This document shows, piece by piece, positions 11,225 to 24,120 of a DNA stretch of 64,000 nt. Source of the DNA: Microthyrium microscopicum (taxonomy: Eukaryota); the NCBI GenBank assembly GCA_010405405.1, contig MU004230.1:840627-904626 (forward strand). The letters are read 5' to 3'. Each line of letters starts with the position of its first letter. Position 1 is the first letter of the stretch. The position numbers and the translations under genes were made by a program. The notes under the pieces were generated by a model, which did not search any database, was not told where the DNA came from, and saw only the letters and a program-made list of their open reading frames with translations.

Positions 11225-13373
11225 ATGCGGTCCTACTACTTCCACCTCGCGTTTGAGCTCTCTCCCTCCCGTACTAGTAAGAAGTTTGGAGAGGCGGATA
11301 GTGAAGCTTTTTGTCCGTCATCAGGAACCAACATCTTCGAAGATCCGTTTCCAGCACACTCTACCATCGCTTGGGGCGAAACCTTTGATAATAACTACAA
11401 GCGGCCAATCCATCAACGACACAGCAGCGACCCCATCGCATTCCAGAAAGCACGTCTACCACGCGGCGAAGGACCTGGCTCATCATATAAGGCATCCTTG
11501 GCTCTAAAATCAATAGCAAAACACAAAAACTCCTCGGTTGGGAAAGATTGGCGTTTTGACAAAGTGTCAATTGTGAGCATCGACATGGAGCAATCAGGGA
11601 ATGGAAGACCTCGCTATGGGAGAGGAAAATCCATGAGCCATGATCAACCCCCGGAGGTTCTGCCTAGTGGTGTTGCGACCAAGGCATCGTTCATTCCACC
11701 TAATCCAAAGAACACGGATGTGGGCTGGGGAGTTGTTCATCTCTATCGCGATTCGGAGGAAACTCCTGGTCTATACGATGGTATTGTGGAATCGAAACTC
11801 GCCGAGAGTAGTCAGACAGCACAGCAATTTGACCCGGATGGCTGCTCTACACTGTGTATTCTGGCCATTCCGTCTTATATGAGCCCTTCTGACCTGTTGG
11901 GATTTGTTGGAGAGCATACTCGCGAAGATGTCAGTCACTTTCGCTTGATTCGTACTGGACGAGCGAACAAATACATGGTGCTCATGAAGTTCCGTGATGC
12001 TCGCAAGGCAAAAGAATGGCAGAAAGAATGGAACGGAAAGTCTTTCAACAGCATGGAGGTAAGTGAAGAGAACCTCACTCTTTGAGAAAACCTAAAATTT
12101 TGCATAGCCAGAATACTGCCATGTTGTGTTTGTACAGTCCATTACGTTCCAAACCACAGATCAACCAGAGAAGCCATCGAGCTATCCCAACATGACAAAT
12201 GACCCATTTAGTCCGTCATCTCAACCTAGCGCTGCCGCATCTAGTGCCACCGCCGACTCACCTATCGCTACCTCTCTTACCAACAAGCCGTTCGCGCCTC
12301 CCACTCCAGCACTGGTAGAGCTGCCAACCTGTCCAGTATGCCTCGAGCGAATGGATGAAACGACAGGTCTTCTCACGATTCTTTGCCAGCATGTTTTCCA
12401 CTGCGCATGTCTAGAAAAGTGGCGCGGCACTGGCTGCCCTGTTTGCCGATATACCCAGAGCAATAGTATTCCTGGGATAGGGCGAGTATCGAGCAGTGCC
12501 GACGATACACCATCATCTTGCAGCACATGCGGTGCGGACCAAAACTTGTGGATCTGCCTCATCTGTGGTAATGTTGGATGTGGTCGATATGACAGCGCTC
12601 ATGCTTTTGCGCATTGGGAAGAGACTAAACATAGCTACGCAATGGACATCGCAACACAACATGTTTGGGATTATGCTGGAGATGGTTATGTTCACCGACT
12701 TATCCAAAACCAGGCGGATGGCAAACTGTTGGATCTACCCGCCGCCAGCAAGGGAACCAAAAATGGTGAGGCTGTAATGGCAGCATATGGAGCCGATATG
12801 GTTCCTAGAGAAAAAATGGAGGCCATGGGAAATGAGTACACCTATTTGCTCACAAGTCAACTCGATAGTCAGCGACTCTACTTTGAAGAGCAGCTGGAAC
12901 GAGCGGTTGACAAGGCCAGCAAGGCAGCATCATCAGCAGAAAAGGCGAATTCCACGGTGGAATCATTGGTGCAGAAGTTGGAGATGCTGCAGACAAGTCA
13001 CGAAGAAACTCTCACACAGCTCAAAAGCCTCGACAAAGAAGTGGAGCGAACCAAAAAGCGAGCAGAGAAATCAGATACACTGGCGCGCAAGCTTGGCAAT
13101 GACTGGAAGGAAGAAAAGACGGTCAACGACTCTCTCATGGAGCGTATCAGATTCCTCGACACCAAAATGGCTGATGTGGAGCAGAAACGTCAACAGCTTG
13201 AGGCTGAGAAGCTTGATCTGGAGGAGCAAAATCGCGATCTTTCATTCTTCATCAGCAGCGCAGATAAGCTCAAGGATGCGGGCGAGGATGTGCAGGAGGG
13301 AACTATGGAAGTGGGAGCTGCTCCGCCTGAGCCATCTTCGACTGGCAAGAGACGAAAAGGACGCAAGAAGTAG
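11225..13373 (+). CDS. ETP1: BRAP2/IMP-family RING-H2 + ZnF-UBP E3 ubiquitin ligase; intron 12059-12107
   Basis: BRAP2 domain (LCILAIPSYMSPSDLLGF...FNSME|PEYCHVVFV), RING ELPTCPVCLERMD...CQHVFHCACL...CPVCRY, ZnF-UBP WICLICGNVGCGRY...HVWDYAGDGYVHRL, C-terminal coiled coil. Confidence 0.93.
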
Positions 13374-14459
13374 ACCAGTCAATGCAGTAGTTGGGTGCTA
13401 GTTGTTATTGTTTAGCGAAGGCGTTTGGATGGATAGTAGTCAGTCTTGAATTCTTTGACAGATTGAGATGCAGACAGGACCAATGAGGCTGTAGAACTGA
13501 TCATATATAGAATCCTATCAATGAGCATGCTTTGAATTATGGTGCTTAGAGCTATGGGTCGGCTGGTATCTTAGTAGATTCAATCAATCAATTGACTAGA
13601 TGCGAACCTAACCCGCTTGAGTAGTACATGGATGGCAGTGCTTCAAGGGGTCATCCCATTATGCATGGTAGATGGTAGTAAGGTGGCAGTGTTGGTGATG
13701 GAGCGCAATTCTTGGCCGAGTGTAGGAGGAATGTTGCTCCGCCTCGTGGGAAGTTTGGTGTTGAAGTTGCGGGGATGGCGCTCCTTCCCTTTAGTGAGTC
13801 GTGGGTTCCCTGCAAAAGATCAACAAGGTAACCGGATTAGGACACCGCGACTGCGCATTTTTAGTGACTCCTTCCGTAATCCCACCAGCCCAAATTCTAA
13901 CCACTTACCGCGCAAATTCGAGGTTCCATCATCCTAATTACGGTTCTAAAGCGCATTCATAACTCGCTGCTTGTACTCGAATCGTTCTTTTCATCTTCCC
14001 TTACCCTCTACAACTTTTGTCTAAATCTCCAATTCGAACGGTGCGCTATCCCGAGTTTCTCAGTTCCTCTATCGCTGATACTCAATAAGGCTACAAGGCT
14101 ATCAATTGATCTTTCCTCAGCCACAAGCCATTCGCCAAACTCAACACCCAAAAACCATCACCTCTTGTCGCTATTCTGTGGCTTGAACGCCTTTTTCGAT
14201 TAACTCGCCTGTTACACCTCTACTTTGAAATTGTAAGTTGAGGCTGTGTATAACATATTACTTTCTACAATTGTAGAGTATATAACCTCGTTCGTCTCCC
14301 ACCTTTGGACAAATCTCCTACTTCCACCACCAACACTAACACTATCATCCAGCACTCCAAGCAATTCAATCTCGAATTCTTGTATTTGGCGCCTAAAAGT
14401 AAAAATCCCGAATCCTGGATTATCAACTTCTCGCCAACCACAACCTCAACCAAATCGCA

Positions 14460-15932
14460 ATGGAGATGCCTACTTTCCATGTCACTCGTTCTGACCCTTT
14501 GGATCCTACTTCCAAATTGAACTTTTTCCCTCCAATGGGATCCGATGAGTTGCATGAAGCTCTCAAGATTGCATATCCTTACTTGCCCACCCTGACTGCT
14601 CGCATACGAGAAGCTTCCATCGAATTCTTCTTGGCCGAACAAGCACAGGAGCAGATGACCCAATTTAGCTCGCCAACTATCTCGGATCACACAACTCCAG
14701 AATACCACACGACTCCAGAGTACACTTCCTTCGATATGTCCACCACTCCTTACACATCAGGAATGTCTTTCCCTAGTACTCCGGCCACTCCAGCTCTTTC
14801 CCTTCAAACATCACCTGAATTTATCTCCTTTTCAATGGGTTCCCTACCTTCCGACATGCCATCTCTCTTTCCTCAAGTCTCAAACGAGTCGCACACACCA
14901 TCCTCATCTGCATCTCCTAGATCGGAATCCCGCTCTACCATGTCTCGCCCTGTTATGCCATCTCAGGATGACCTCTCTTCAGTTTGGGCTCTTTCAAGCA
15001 AGCCTGATGCCAAAGTTCATAAAAGACGGTGCATGACTGCTGCTGAGAAGGCCGCATACAAGAAGAAGCGAGTCGAGGGTGCATGCGCAGACTGCAAACG
15101 TCGCCGGAGAAAGTGCAAGCATTCTTCCTCATCTGATGATCTAAACGCTACTTCGTCACTGAACGCACCTCCAATAATACAAAATGATTGGGTGCAAGAT
15201 CTTGATTTCAACACCTACGTCTTCGACGAGCCTTTCAATTACTACGATCATTCGACAGCTTCCGCTTCCGTATCAGCGATATCTTCACGAGAACGGATCT
15301 CCAGATCAACAGACCTCAATGAGCGGGATCCATTCGTTGTACCGGAAGATGGAGCGCGACCATTCGTATTTTCGTCTTCGAGTAGGCAGGACGCAGCGGT
15401 GTTACCACAAGATAGAGCTCAACCATTCGTATTCTCTCCCTCGGGAGCGCAGGGTACCGCGGAATCACCGCGACAGGAAGCGTCCAGTCAATCGCTACTA
15501 GCTTCAGCGCTGATCACTCGAGATCGGCCTATACACTCAGTCGTCTCTGAACGGGGATCTGCCGCCCACGCCACACCTGTCCGACATAGGCGAGAGAAAC
15601 CTACGCCTGCGCAAACCGAGCCTGCCGCTAAAGGCAGCATGACTTCTCGCCTCTGTGCGGTATTCCCGACTGGAGTCGCAAACGCGACTTCAAATCACAT
15701 CACGACCGGCAGTGGTCAGTCGTTGTCTGGTCCCGCCCAACCTGTGTTCGCCGGCATTGCCGACATATGCTGGTTCGCAGCGGTTGTAATGCTCGCAGCC
15801 CTAGTCTCGCATCAAGTGCGCAAAAGCATTGATGCTTTATCAAGTACAATTGGGAAGAGGATATCCTCTGTTGTGCATAGACAATTGCGCCCATCGAGAC
15901 TCATGAGAGTAGGTCAGCTACAGTTGACATGA
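14460..15932 (+). CDS. Putative transcription factor with a partial Zn(II)2Cys6-like motif and a C-terminal hydrophobic helix
   Basis: 490-aa ORF; YKKKRVEGACADCKRRRRKCKH; Ser/Pro-rich flanks; ICWFAAVVMLAALVS near the C-terminus. Confidence 0.7.
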   Translation: MEMPTFHVTRSDPLDPTSKLNFFPPMGSDELHEALKIAYPYLPTLTARIREASIEFFLAEQAQEQMTQFSSPTISDHTTPEYHTTPEYTSFDMSTTPYTSGMSFPSTPATPALSLQTSPEFISFSMGSLPSDMPSLFPQVSNESHTPSSSASPRSESRSTMSRPVMPSQDDLSSVWALSSKPDAKVHKRRCMTAAEKAAYKKKRVEGACADCKRRRRKCKHSSSSDDLNATSSLNAPPIIQNDWVQDLDFNTYVFDEPFNYYDHSTASASVSAISSRERISRSTDLNERDPFVVPEDGARPFVFSSSSRQDAAVLPQDRAQPFVFSPSGAQGTAESPRQEASSQSLLASALITRDRPIHSVVSERGSAAHATPVRHRREKPTPAQTEPAAKGSMTSRLCAVFPTGVANATSNHITTGSGQSLSGPAQPVFAGIADICWFAAVVMLAALVSHQVRKSIDALSSTIGKRISSVVHRQLRPSRLMRVGQLQLT

Positions 15933-16225
15933 AAAGGACCCAAGATTTCTGCGCTTCGGCGCTAGAATTGTTTCAGATTATCAATGAATTGAGGGCGTGT
16001 GCCTCTTCAGAATCGTTTATTTACATACGTGTCTGTGTCTCTGTGAATACTCGCTGTCTCCGTAATATGCTCATTGGCTTCCAGGTCATTACATGGAGCC
16101 CATCTGACCTATCGTATTGCAAGCGAAACGTCGAAGAGTAAGTCAAAAGTCCTCGTCTCTCCTAATCATATGAAGCTCGTATAAACCGTTACCCATTGTC
16201 ATCACATTCGTCTATACTGCCCCCA

Positions 16226-16861
16226 TCAACCTTCCTCCTGCCGCACATACATCCGATACTCGAACTCAACCTCTCCCTCCTTAACACTCCCCTCCGGCAC
16301 CTCTTCACCCACCCACGTCCTCGTCTCCTCCAACCCCGCCCTCCGCCATCCACTACTCTCCGCATCCAAATCAACAGGGAAAAACGCATCACACTCCCAC
16401 TCTCCGTGCACCCTCGTCAACAGCACCCGCTCCGCCTTCCCCAACGCCTCCGCGTACACGCCCACACCACCGATCACAAACGCCCGCCCAGTCTCCTTGT
16501 CCGCTTGTAGAGCCTTCAGCGCAGACTCAAGATTCGCACACCAAGTTGCGCCATCGTGTGTGCCAGCTTCAGCGGTGGTTGAGAGGACGATGTTCGTGCG
16601 GTCTTTCAGGGGGCGGAAACGGGGTGGTATCGAAGACCACGTTTTGCGACCCATTATCACCGCGTTGCGCGTTGGTGACGTGCTGGTGGAAGATGTGCTG
16701 GATGTTGGTGGTGTGGGTGGGAGGCGCGTGGTGACGCGTGCGAAGTAGGCCATTTCGGCTTTGATGCGCCAGGGCAGGGCGCCGCGGAGACCGATGCCCA
16801 AATTTGGTGCTGTGGCGACTATGAGGGTTAATGGGAGGCGCGGCATTTTGGGATCGGTCAT
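16226..16861 (-). CDS. DFR1: Dihydrofolate reductase
   Basis: LIVATAPNLGIGLRGALPWRIKAEMAYFARVT, NAVIMGRKTWSSIPPRFRPLKDRTNIVLS, FVIGGVGVY, ECDAFFP. Confidence 0.96.
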   Translation of the reverse strand: MTDPKMPRLPLTLIVATAPNLGIGLRGALPWRIKAEMAYFARVTTRLPPTPPTSSTSSTSTSPTRNAVIMGRKTWSSIPPRFRPLKDRTNIVLSTTAEAGTHDGATWCANLESALKALQADKETGRAFVIGGVGVYAEALGKAERVLLTRVHGEWECDAFFPVDLDAESSGWRRAGLEETRTWVGEEVPEGSVKEGEVEFEYRMYVRQEEG

Positions 16862-17266
16862 ATTCTGATATTTGGGGAGTTGTCGTGTTGGCGATGGGTA
16901 TGGAGGTTTGGGGTGGTGAGGAGCAGGGGCGGCTGTTTTTGGGTGGGAAAGCGCGAACTTCAGGCTAACGTGTAGTGGTGCAGTCTTCGAGTAATCATGA
17001 ATACTCGAAGTACATTATTCTCGAAAGAGGTTGTCAATTGAATTGAACATAAAGTTATATCTCATCGGGCCGATTAGTTCAAGTACGGCTACCCGGAACC
17101 AGGAATGCGATCGCGGAATCGGCCCCGAAAAGCCGACTGCATTCGTAGAGCTCTAACACTGCCTAGATAGCAACTCCTCTCCACGAACTATCCCATTTTC
17201 CAGAGATACCGCCAATCCCCTGTCAAGCTATTCTATTGAGCTCAAAGAGCTCAGTCTGCTTGAGCC

Positions 17267-20041
17267 ATGGCGCCACACAAGGATACTCTCTTCCGCTCGG
17301 CGGATATGTCCTTGACCCAGCTCTACATCGCCAACGAGATAGGCCGCGAAGTCGTTGGCGCTCTCGGAGAGCTTGGGAGCATGGACTTTCGAGATGTATG
17401 CTGTTTGAAGCTTTCGTAGTATTCTATGTATAGATGCTGACAATGACCGATAGCTGAATGAGTCGACTTCTGCTTTCCAACGGACCTATACCCACGAGAT
17501 CCGAAGACTCGATAATGTTGAGCGTCAACTGCGTACGATATGTGGCGTGATAAAGCTTTGCTGAAGCTAACTCTCTGTAGGATATTTTCAAGCCCAAATG
17601 GACAAAGGCAACATTCCTGTTCGATCTATCTACGAGTTCCATAATCCCCAAACATCGCCTTCCGCCACCGAGATTGACGAATTGGCTGATCGCTGCGGCA
17701 ACCTCGAACACCGAATTGCTTCGTTAAATGAGAGCTACGAGACATTAAAGAAGCGAGAGGTTGAACTGACTGAATGGCGCTGGGTTCTTCGCGAGGCCGG
17801 CGGGTTCTTTGACCGCGCTAGAGGTCAAACCGAAGATATCCGACAATCGATAGATATGGGCGACGATGCACCCTTGCTTCACGACATCGAACATAACGAT
17901 CAAGGCCAGGATGTGCAGGCCGAGCGATCTCTTTTGACTATGAACATCGGGTTCGTAGCTGGCGTCATTCCTAGGGAGAGGATCGCTGCCTTCGAACGCA
18001 TTCTTTGGCGGACTCTTCGTGGCAATTTGTACATGAACCAGTCAGAGATTGAGGAGCCCATTATCGACCCCGAGACCAACGAGGGCATTAATAAGAACGT
18101 CTTTGTCATCTTTGCCCATGGCAAGGAGATCATTGCCAAGATTAGAAAGATTTCCGAGTCATTGGGAGCCAATCTGTACAGCGTGGACGAAAATACCGAA
18201 CTTCGACGCGATCAGATTCATGATGTAAACACTCGACTTGGCGACCTCAGCAATGTTTTACGCAATACTGAGAACACCCTATCGGCCGAACTAACTGCAA
18301 TTGCACGGTCATCGACAATCTGGATGGTCATCATCAAGAAAGAAAAGGCTATATACTCGACGCTGAATAAATTTTCATACGATCAAGCACGGAAGACTTT
18401 GATTGCAGAGGCTTGGTGTCCAACCAACGACCTTGGTCTTGTAAAGTCAACTCTCCAGGATGTCAATGATCGCGCAGGTCTTTCCGTCCCCACCATCGTC
18501 AATCAGGTCAAAACCACCAAGACACCTCCAACCTACAATAAGACTAATAAGTTCACATTGGCCTTCCAAACCATCATCGATGCATACGGCACCGCCAAGT
18601 ATCAGGAAGTCAACCCAGGTCTCCCGACCATCGTCACCTTCCCTTTCCTCTTCGCAGTCATGTTCGGTGACTTTGGTCATGGAACCCTTATGACTTTGGC
18701 AGCTTGTGCCATGATCTATTGGGAAAAGGGCCTGTCCAAAGGGAAATTAGATGAACTCTTTTCCATGGCATTCTACGGACGTTACATCATGTTGATGATG
18801 GGCATTTTCTCGATGTATACCGGACTCATCTACTGTGACGCTTTCTCGAAAGATATTCCTCTCTTCAAATCCATGTGGGAGTATCCAAGTGATGTCAAAG
18901 AAGGCGAAACCGTCTCAGCACACCGTGGAGATGCTGGATATACTTATCCCTTCGGTGTAGATTGGAGATGGCACGACACTGAGAATGACCTCTTGTTCTC
19001 CAACAGTTACAAAATGAAGCTGAGTATCTTACTCGGTTGGGCACACGTAAATTACATCACAGCTGTAGAAAGACTCGTGCTAACTATAATAGATGACATT
19101 CTCTCTCTGCCTTTCTTATGTCAACGCAAGGCATTTCAAAAAGCCAATTGATATATGGGGTAACTTCCTTCCAGGAATGATTTTCTTCCAGTCTATCTTT
19201 GGCTACCTTGTCTTCACCGTTGTCTATAAATGGTCGACTGACTGGTATGCCCTTGGCAAAGACCCACCAAGTCTTTTGAACATGCTCATTTACATGTTCC
19301 TCTCACCCGGAACCATTGAGACTCCGCTTTATTCAGGCCAAGCAGCAGTGCAGACAATTCTAGTCCTCCTCGCTGTGTGCTGTGTACCTATTCTCCTCTT
19401 CCTCAAGCCATTCTACCTTCGTTATGAGTACAATAAAACGCGCGCCCTTGGATATCGTGGCATAGGAGAACGACACCAGGTCAGCGCTTTGGACGATGAC
19501 GATGACGAAGGTCAAACCTTGAACGGACATCGTGAAAGCTTAGGGGATGACGACGAAGGCACTGCTATGATAACAGAGGATATTGGTCACGGCGAAGGGC
19601 ATGAAGAATTCGAGTTCTCAGAAGAAATGATCCATCAAATCATCCACACTATTGGTAAGTCTTTTTGCGTTCGGCTATTGAATATTTATACTGACTGCAT
19701 TAGAATTCTGTCTCAACTGCGTTTCGCACACTGCTTCATATCTTCGTCTATGGGCCCTGTCTCTAGCACATCAACAGCTCTCCATCGTGCTCTGGAACAT
19801 GACGCTCGGTAACGCTTTTGCTATGAGCGGCGCTATTGGTGTTATTGCTGTAGTTATCATGTTTGGTATGTGGTTCACGTTGACAGTCTTCGTGTTGTGT
19901 ATCATGGAAGGCACGAGTGCTATGTTGCACAGTTTGAGATTGCACTGGGTCGAAGCAATGAGCAAGCATTTCTTAGGAGATGGCATACCTTTTACGCCTT
20001 TCTCTTTCAAAGTTTTGCTAGAAGAGGAGCCGGTTGAATAA
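17267..20041 (+). CDS. VPH1: V-type proton ATPase V0 subunit a; introns ~17396-17453, 17533-17580, 19047-19093, ~19655-19703
   Basis: [119 protein letters not shown]. Confidence 0.97.
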
Positions 20042-22572
20042 CCAGGCTAAATTAGTATAGATGCACATAGTAATTGTATTGGATTTATCATTGGTCGACT
20101 GCTTTTGCACGTCCTTTCGGCACTATTCAACCGTAAGCATCACCAGCTGATCTCTCCCATAAGAGTCGATGGCAACCACCACACCTTATCGCGATAGTAC
20201 ACTTATTCTCCCATCGTACTCGATAAAATGTCCACAATTTTACGCACTCGATGGGAAAGAAAGCACTCGAAAATTAGCGGCGTCGATGGCAGCCAAGGAA
20301 GTTGATGGGAGCACGCCAGCTATTGTGCCCAGTCGTTGTTGGCCTAAATCCTGCAATTTTTATTGCAAATCATCATCTCAGCAATATGTTATACGCTTCG
20401 TGGTACACTCGAGAATCGCAACCAACGGGTAAACACAATATCTGGCCTCATGCCATCTACATCGATATCTCCCATCGACTACGATAATTACCATCCGCTG
20501 CGATATCACCTCTTCTAAGATATATACTACCTACCTCCTTTACGACACCACTACACTCCGGCATTGGCCGTTCAGTACGCTCTCAGTCTAGTCGGCAATG
20601 ATCACCAGGTCAAAGTTGAATGGTCCAAAGTCGCCAAGCGAAGATGATCTTTCCATCTGTCGAGTGATCTCGTCTGAGTGCGAATCCCCTTTCGAGCGAA
20701 AGATAACGCCATGCCTCTATTCGTGTTCATCCGCATGCTCTTCTGCGCAATGAGCAAACATCTTAGCATCTCAAATCCTATGTCCAAGAAGGAGAATTGG
20801 TGAGAATTCCCTACCTGATTTATTTTTTGCACGTACCAGTATATTTGAGCAAAGCTATCGCGACTCCTAGTGGGTTCATGACTACTAGGTAAGTAAGTAC
20901 TTATTCCTAGGAGGTTTCTATTTCTCAAATCCGGTTGGTAATGACAGAGCACTTGATGGCTCCCATATCATGAATACCTAGATCCTTGGCTTTCTGCTCG
21001 TCTTAGCTTTTGAATCTCACTGTGTCTTCTCAACTAACATTGTACAGGCGGCTTGGGCCCTTGGGGGAGCTTATCTCGGATTTCTTGCCAAAGAGGTAGC
21101 ACTCGCGTTAGCCAACCCAAGAGCAAGCAAAAGTTCTCAGAAGTATACCAGGAACTGGACCATGCGTAATTCTCTACACGAGCCGCTCAAGCTACTGAGG
21201 AGATGTGTTCAGCATACATAGAGCAAATTGGCAGCCACTAACCCTCATCCGCACTTCTGGTTGGAACAAACGAATACGCATGGGTTCAATGTCCAATTTT
21301 GTTATATACTCGAGCTCTTCCGGTCTCTAGGTGGTACACCTTACGTAACATTGCCTCCAAGACCAAATCATGGCCTTGACTTGTTGCTTTTCCGATCTCT
21401 TCCCATAAGAAGTCCAGTTATATCGGATGCAGTTCTTGAAAAGTTCTATAACAAACTAAATGAGGCTTGCTGAAAATACCTTCAGAGTTGGGAAGGAGAG
21501 CCCAGTTTCTGCCCTTTTAACATTTTCATACATCATGATACGACAGAAGCGTTTAGACTCCTTGTAGGCACAGTAGGCCGTTTCCAGACCTCTCATTCCA
21601 GCAAAAGAGGCTACTTGATCATGACAGGTGCTTTCCTCTGAGGATTTCGGATAATATGCTTACTCAGAAATCAATCTGCCGGGATTTGTTGGGCTTGGGT
21701 AATGGGTTTGTCGGTCTTCTTATACGTCAACTATTGTGACATATCTGAGCTGTTACTCAGGAACGTATGATGAGATGTATCGACGACAAGCCCCATGGTC
21801 TTAACGTACGAATCACACTAATGCGTCAGACTGGGCTTCAGACTGGTACTTGCCTGGACTGGATGGTTCTTTGGGCGAATATGGGCGAATATGGGCGTTA
21901 TGTACTGAAATTTACGTTGACTCGAAGCTGGCTGCCGTATGAGACTCCTGATTATCCAAGTTTCTACGAGACTTTGCGGGAGTACTCAGCTAAGCGAAAC
22001 TTGGGTTCAAGTCTTGATTCAACGTAACGAGTCACATGAATCGAGTTTGATGCTGTGAAAGAGTGTTGGTCAAGGTAGCAGCAAATGATAATACAGTATT
22101 GTAGCTGCGATCTCTGCTCGTCGTCATATAGAACTCTCACAGTCATTATTGTATCTCTGACTATCGACGTCGACAAGATAAGCATTGCCCTACAAGTTTG
22201 AGGTATAAGTAGCACCTATCCACAGGTAACTGCGCAAGCTGTAAAGATAAACTAGTCTTGCCCTTTTGGTAGAGGAGTTCAATCTATCTGACCGCACTAT
22301 CGCGTCTATTCCCGATTGTCAGATCCAGTTCAACAAATCAGACGCACCAATACCTATCAAATAGTGACGATATGGTAGTCCCACTTTATATCCGTGGTAA
22401 TATAGGCCCAAGATCGAAACCATTTCCCGATTCAGACACTGCACATCTACGTTTAAGTCATGGCGGCACTTACAAGCCCCGATGCATATTTTAGTAAAGA
22501 GGAGATAAAGGATATGGACCTTCAAACTTCACTGCGCTGTTTGGATAGGATAGAGTTTGATCCAATTTCAAG

Positions 22573-23835
22573 ATGCACTCTTTTCTCACAATTTTAGGAA
22601 CAGCCGGTAAGATGTCTCAATTGAAATCCTACTGAAGAACGACACAACGATATTTTCAGCGCGTATTGGCTTAATAACATAATCGTATACTAACAGTTCT
22701 AGGTCTGGCTGCCGCGCATGGCCTCGTTGATAGCTATGTCGTTGACGGTACAAAGTGATACTGCCCAAGCCTTGGACTATTGAGTTTATTAGCTAAGACG
22801 ATTAGATATCCGTCATTCGACGCTCGGGTAGATATGGATTTCCAGCCTACAGTCAAACGCATCTCATGGGGATCCAAAACAGCAGGCGGTCCCATCAACG
22901 ATGTGAATTCTGCAGACATCACCTGTCGCGCAGGACCATTCGTAGCACCAGCGCTCACAGCTGTTGCTCGCGCTGGCTCCAAGATTGACATCAAATGGAC
23001 CGACTGGTTTGGCAACCACAAAGGTCCACTATTCACATATATGGGACTACTTCCAAACGACGACACCAAACTTCAAGACGTGGGTTTCTTCAAAATTGAC
23101 GAAGCCACTTATGATCCAGCCACTGAAGTCTGGGGAACGGACAGGTTAATTAAGAACAACAATACCTGGACTGTTACGATTCCTAGCGATATCAAGCCCG
23201 GCAATTATATTGTTCGCCATGAGTCCATTGCTCTCCACAACTCTTGGATGGAGAACAAGACTCGCAAGACCAGCGGCGCTCAGCACTACCCCAACTGTTT
23301 CAAAGTCCAAGTCACTGGCGCTGGAACTGCTATGCCCCCAACCGTAAAATTCCCTGGCGCATATCACTGGAACGACGCCGGTATCCTCATCAACATCTAC
23401 TATGGACCAAAGCAATACGTAAGTCTTCCATTCTCTCCCATACTCACATCGCTAACGAGTTAGATTTCCCCTGGTCCACCAGTCTACGTCGGCGCTCGCG
23501 ATCCACCCGCCGGCCCAGCCGCCAACGTCATTGAGACCGGCGCATTGACAGGCGAGCTGGCACAAAAGTACGCCGCGCTTCGAGTGGCCAAGAACAAAGG
23601 CCTTATGACAGCAGTACACGAGACAGCCGCCATGGCCGGAGGCGGAGGATGTCACTGGGAGGCCGGTGCAGATCCTTCGACGATGAAGTGTAAAGCGACA
23701 AATCCCGAAGATCCAGCTAGATGGGCAGGCTTTGCGCAGCCAGTGGGCAGTCCATTGTGGGTGGAGAAGCCAGGAACTGCTCAGCGAGGGCCGGCACCAC
23801 CAAAGACCTTTGAGACGTGGAAGCCGGAGACATAA
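22573..23835 (+). CDS. AA9 lytic polysaccharide monooxygenase with C-terminal extension; introns ~22607-22696, ~22755-22805, 23419-23463
   Basis: Spliced signal peptide MHSFLTILGTAVLGLAAA followed by His1 (HGLVDSYVVDGTKYP); NHKGP, FFKIDE, VTIPSDIKPGNYIVRHESIALH, GAQHYPNC, FPGAY, SPGPPVY. Confidence 0.93.
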
Positions 23836-24120
23836 AGCTTGGTATCATTATTCAATGGTATTTTGCTATTTTGTGTCGAGTGAGACATATGTCGTATTAG
23901 TAGTTCATATACACAAAGAATCAAAAAATCGCAGCATGAATGACAAGCTCGATTAACCGAATAGATCGTCGTCAGAAGTACCAATGAATATATTGGATTT
24001 ATGACTAGACCTTGTGAAAAGCACGCTATGCCCAACAATCATCTTATCCACCGAAAGAAGCCGTTCCAGCGCCAACACCCGCTATTGAAACTCCCATACC
24101 AGATCAAACGAGCATGTCAA

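Noticed and set aside
10950..11507. 185-aa ORF overlapping the ETP1 start
   Set aside because: TTG start, no recognisable motif, out-of-frame overlap with a conserved gene.
13605..13614. Telomerase RNA template (CCTAACCC)
   Set aside because: An 8-mer match is expected by chance in 64 kb; no supporting structure recognised.
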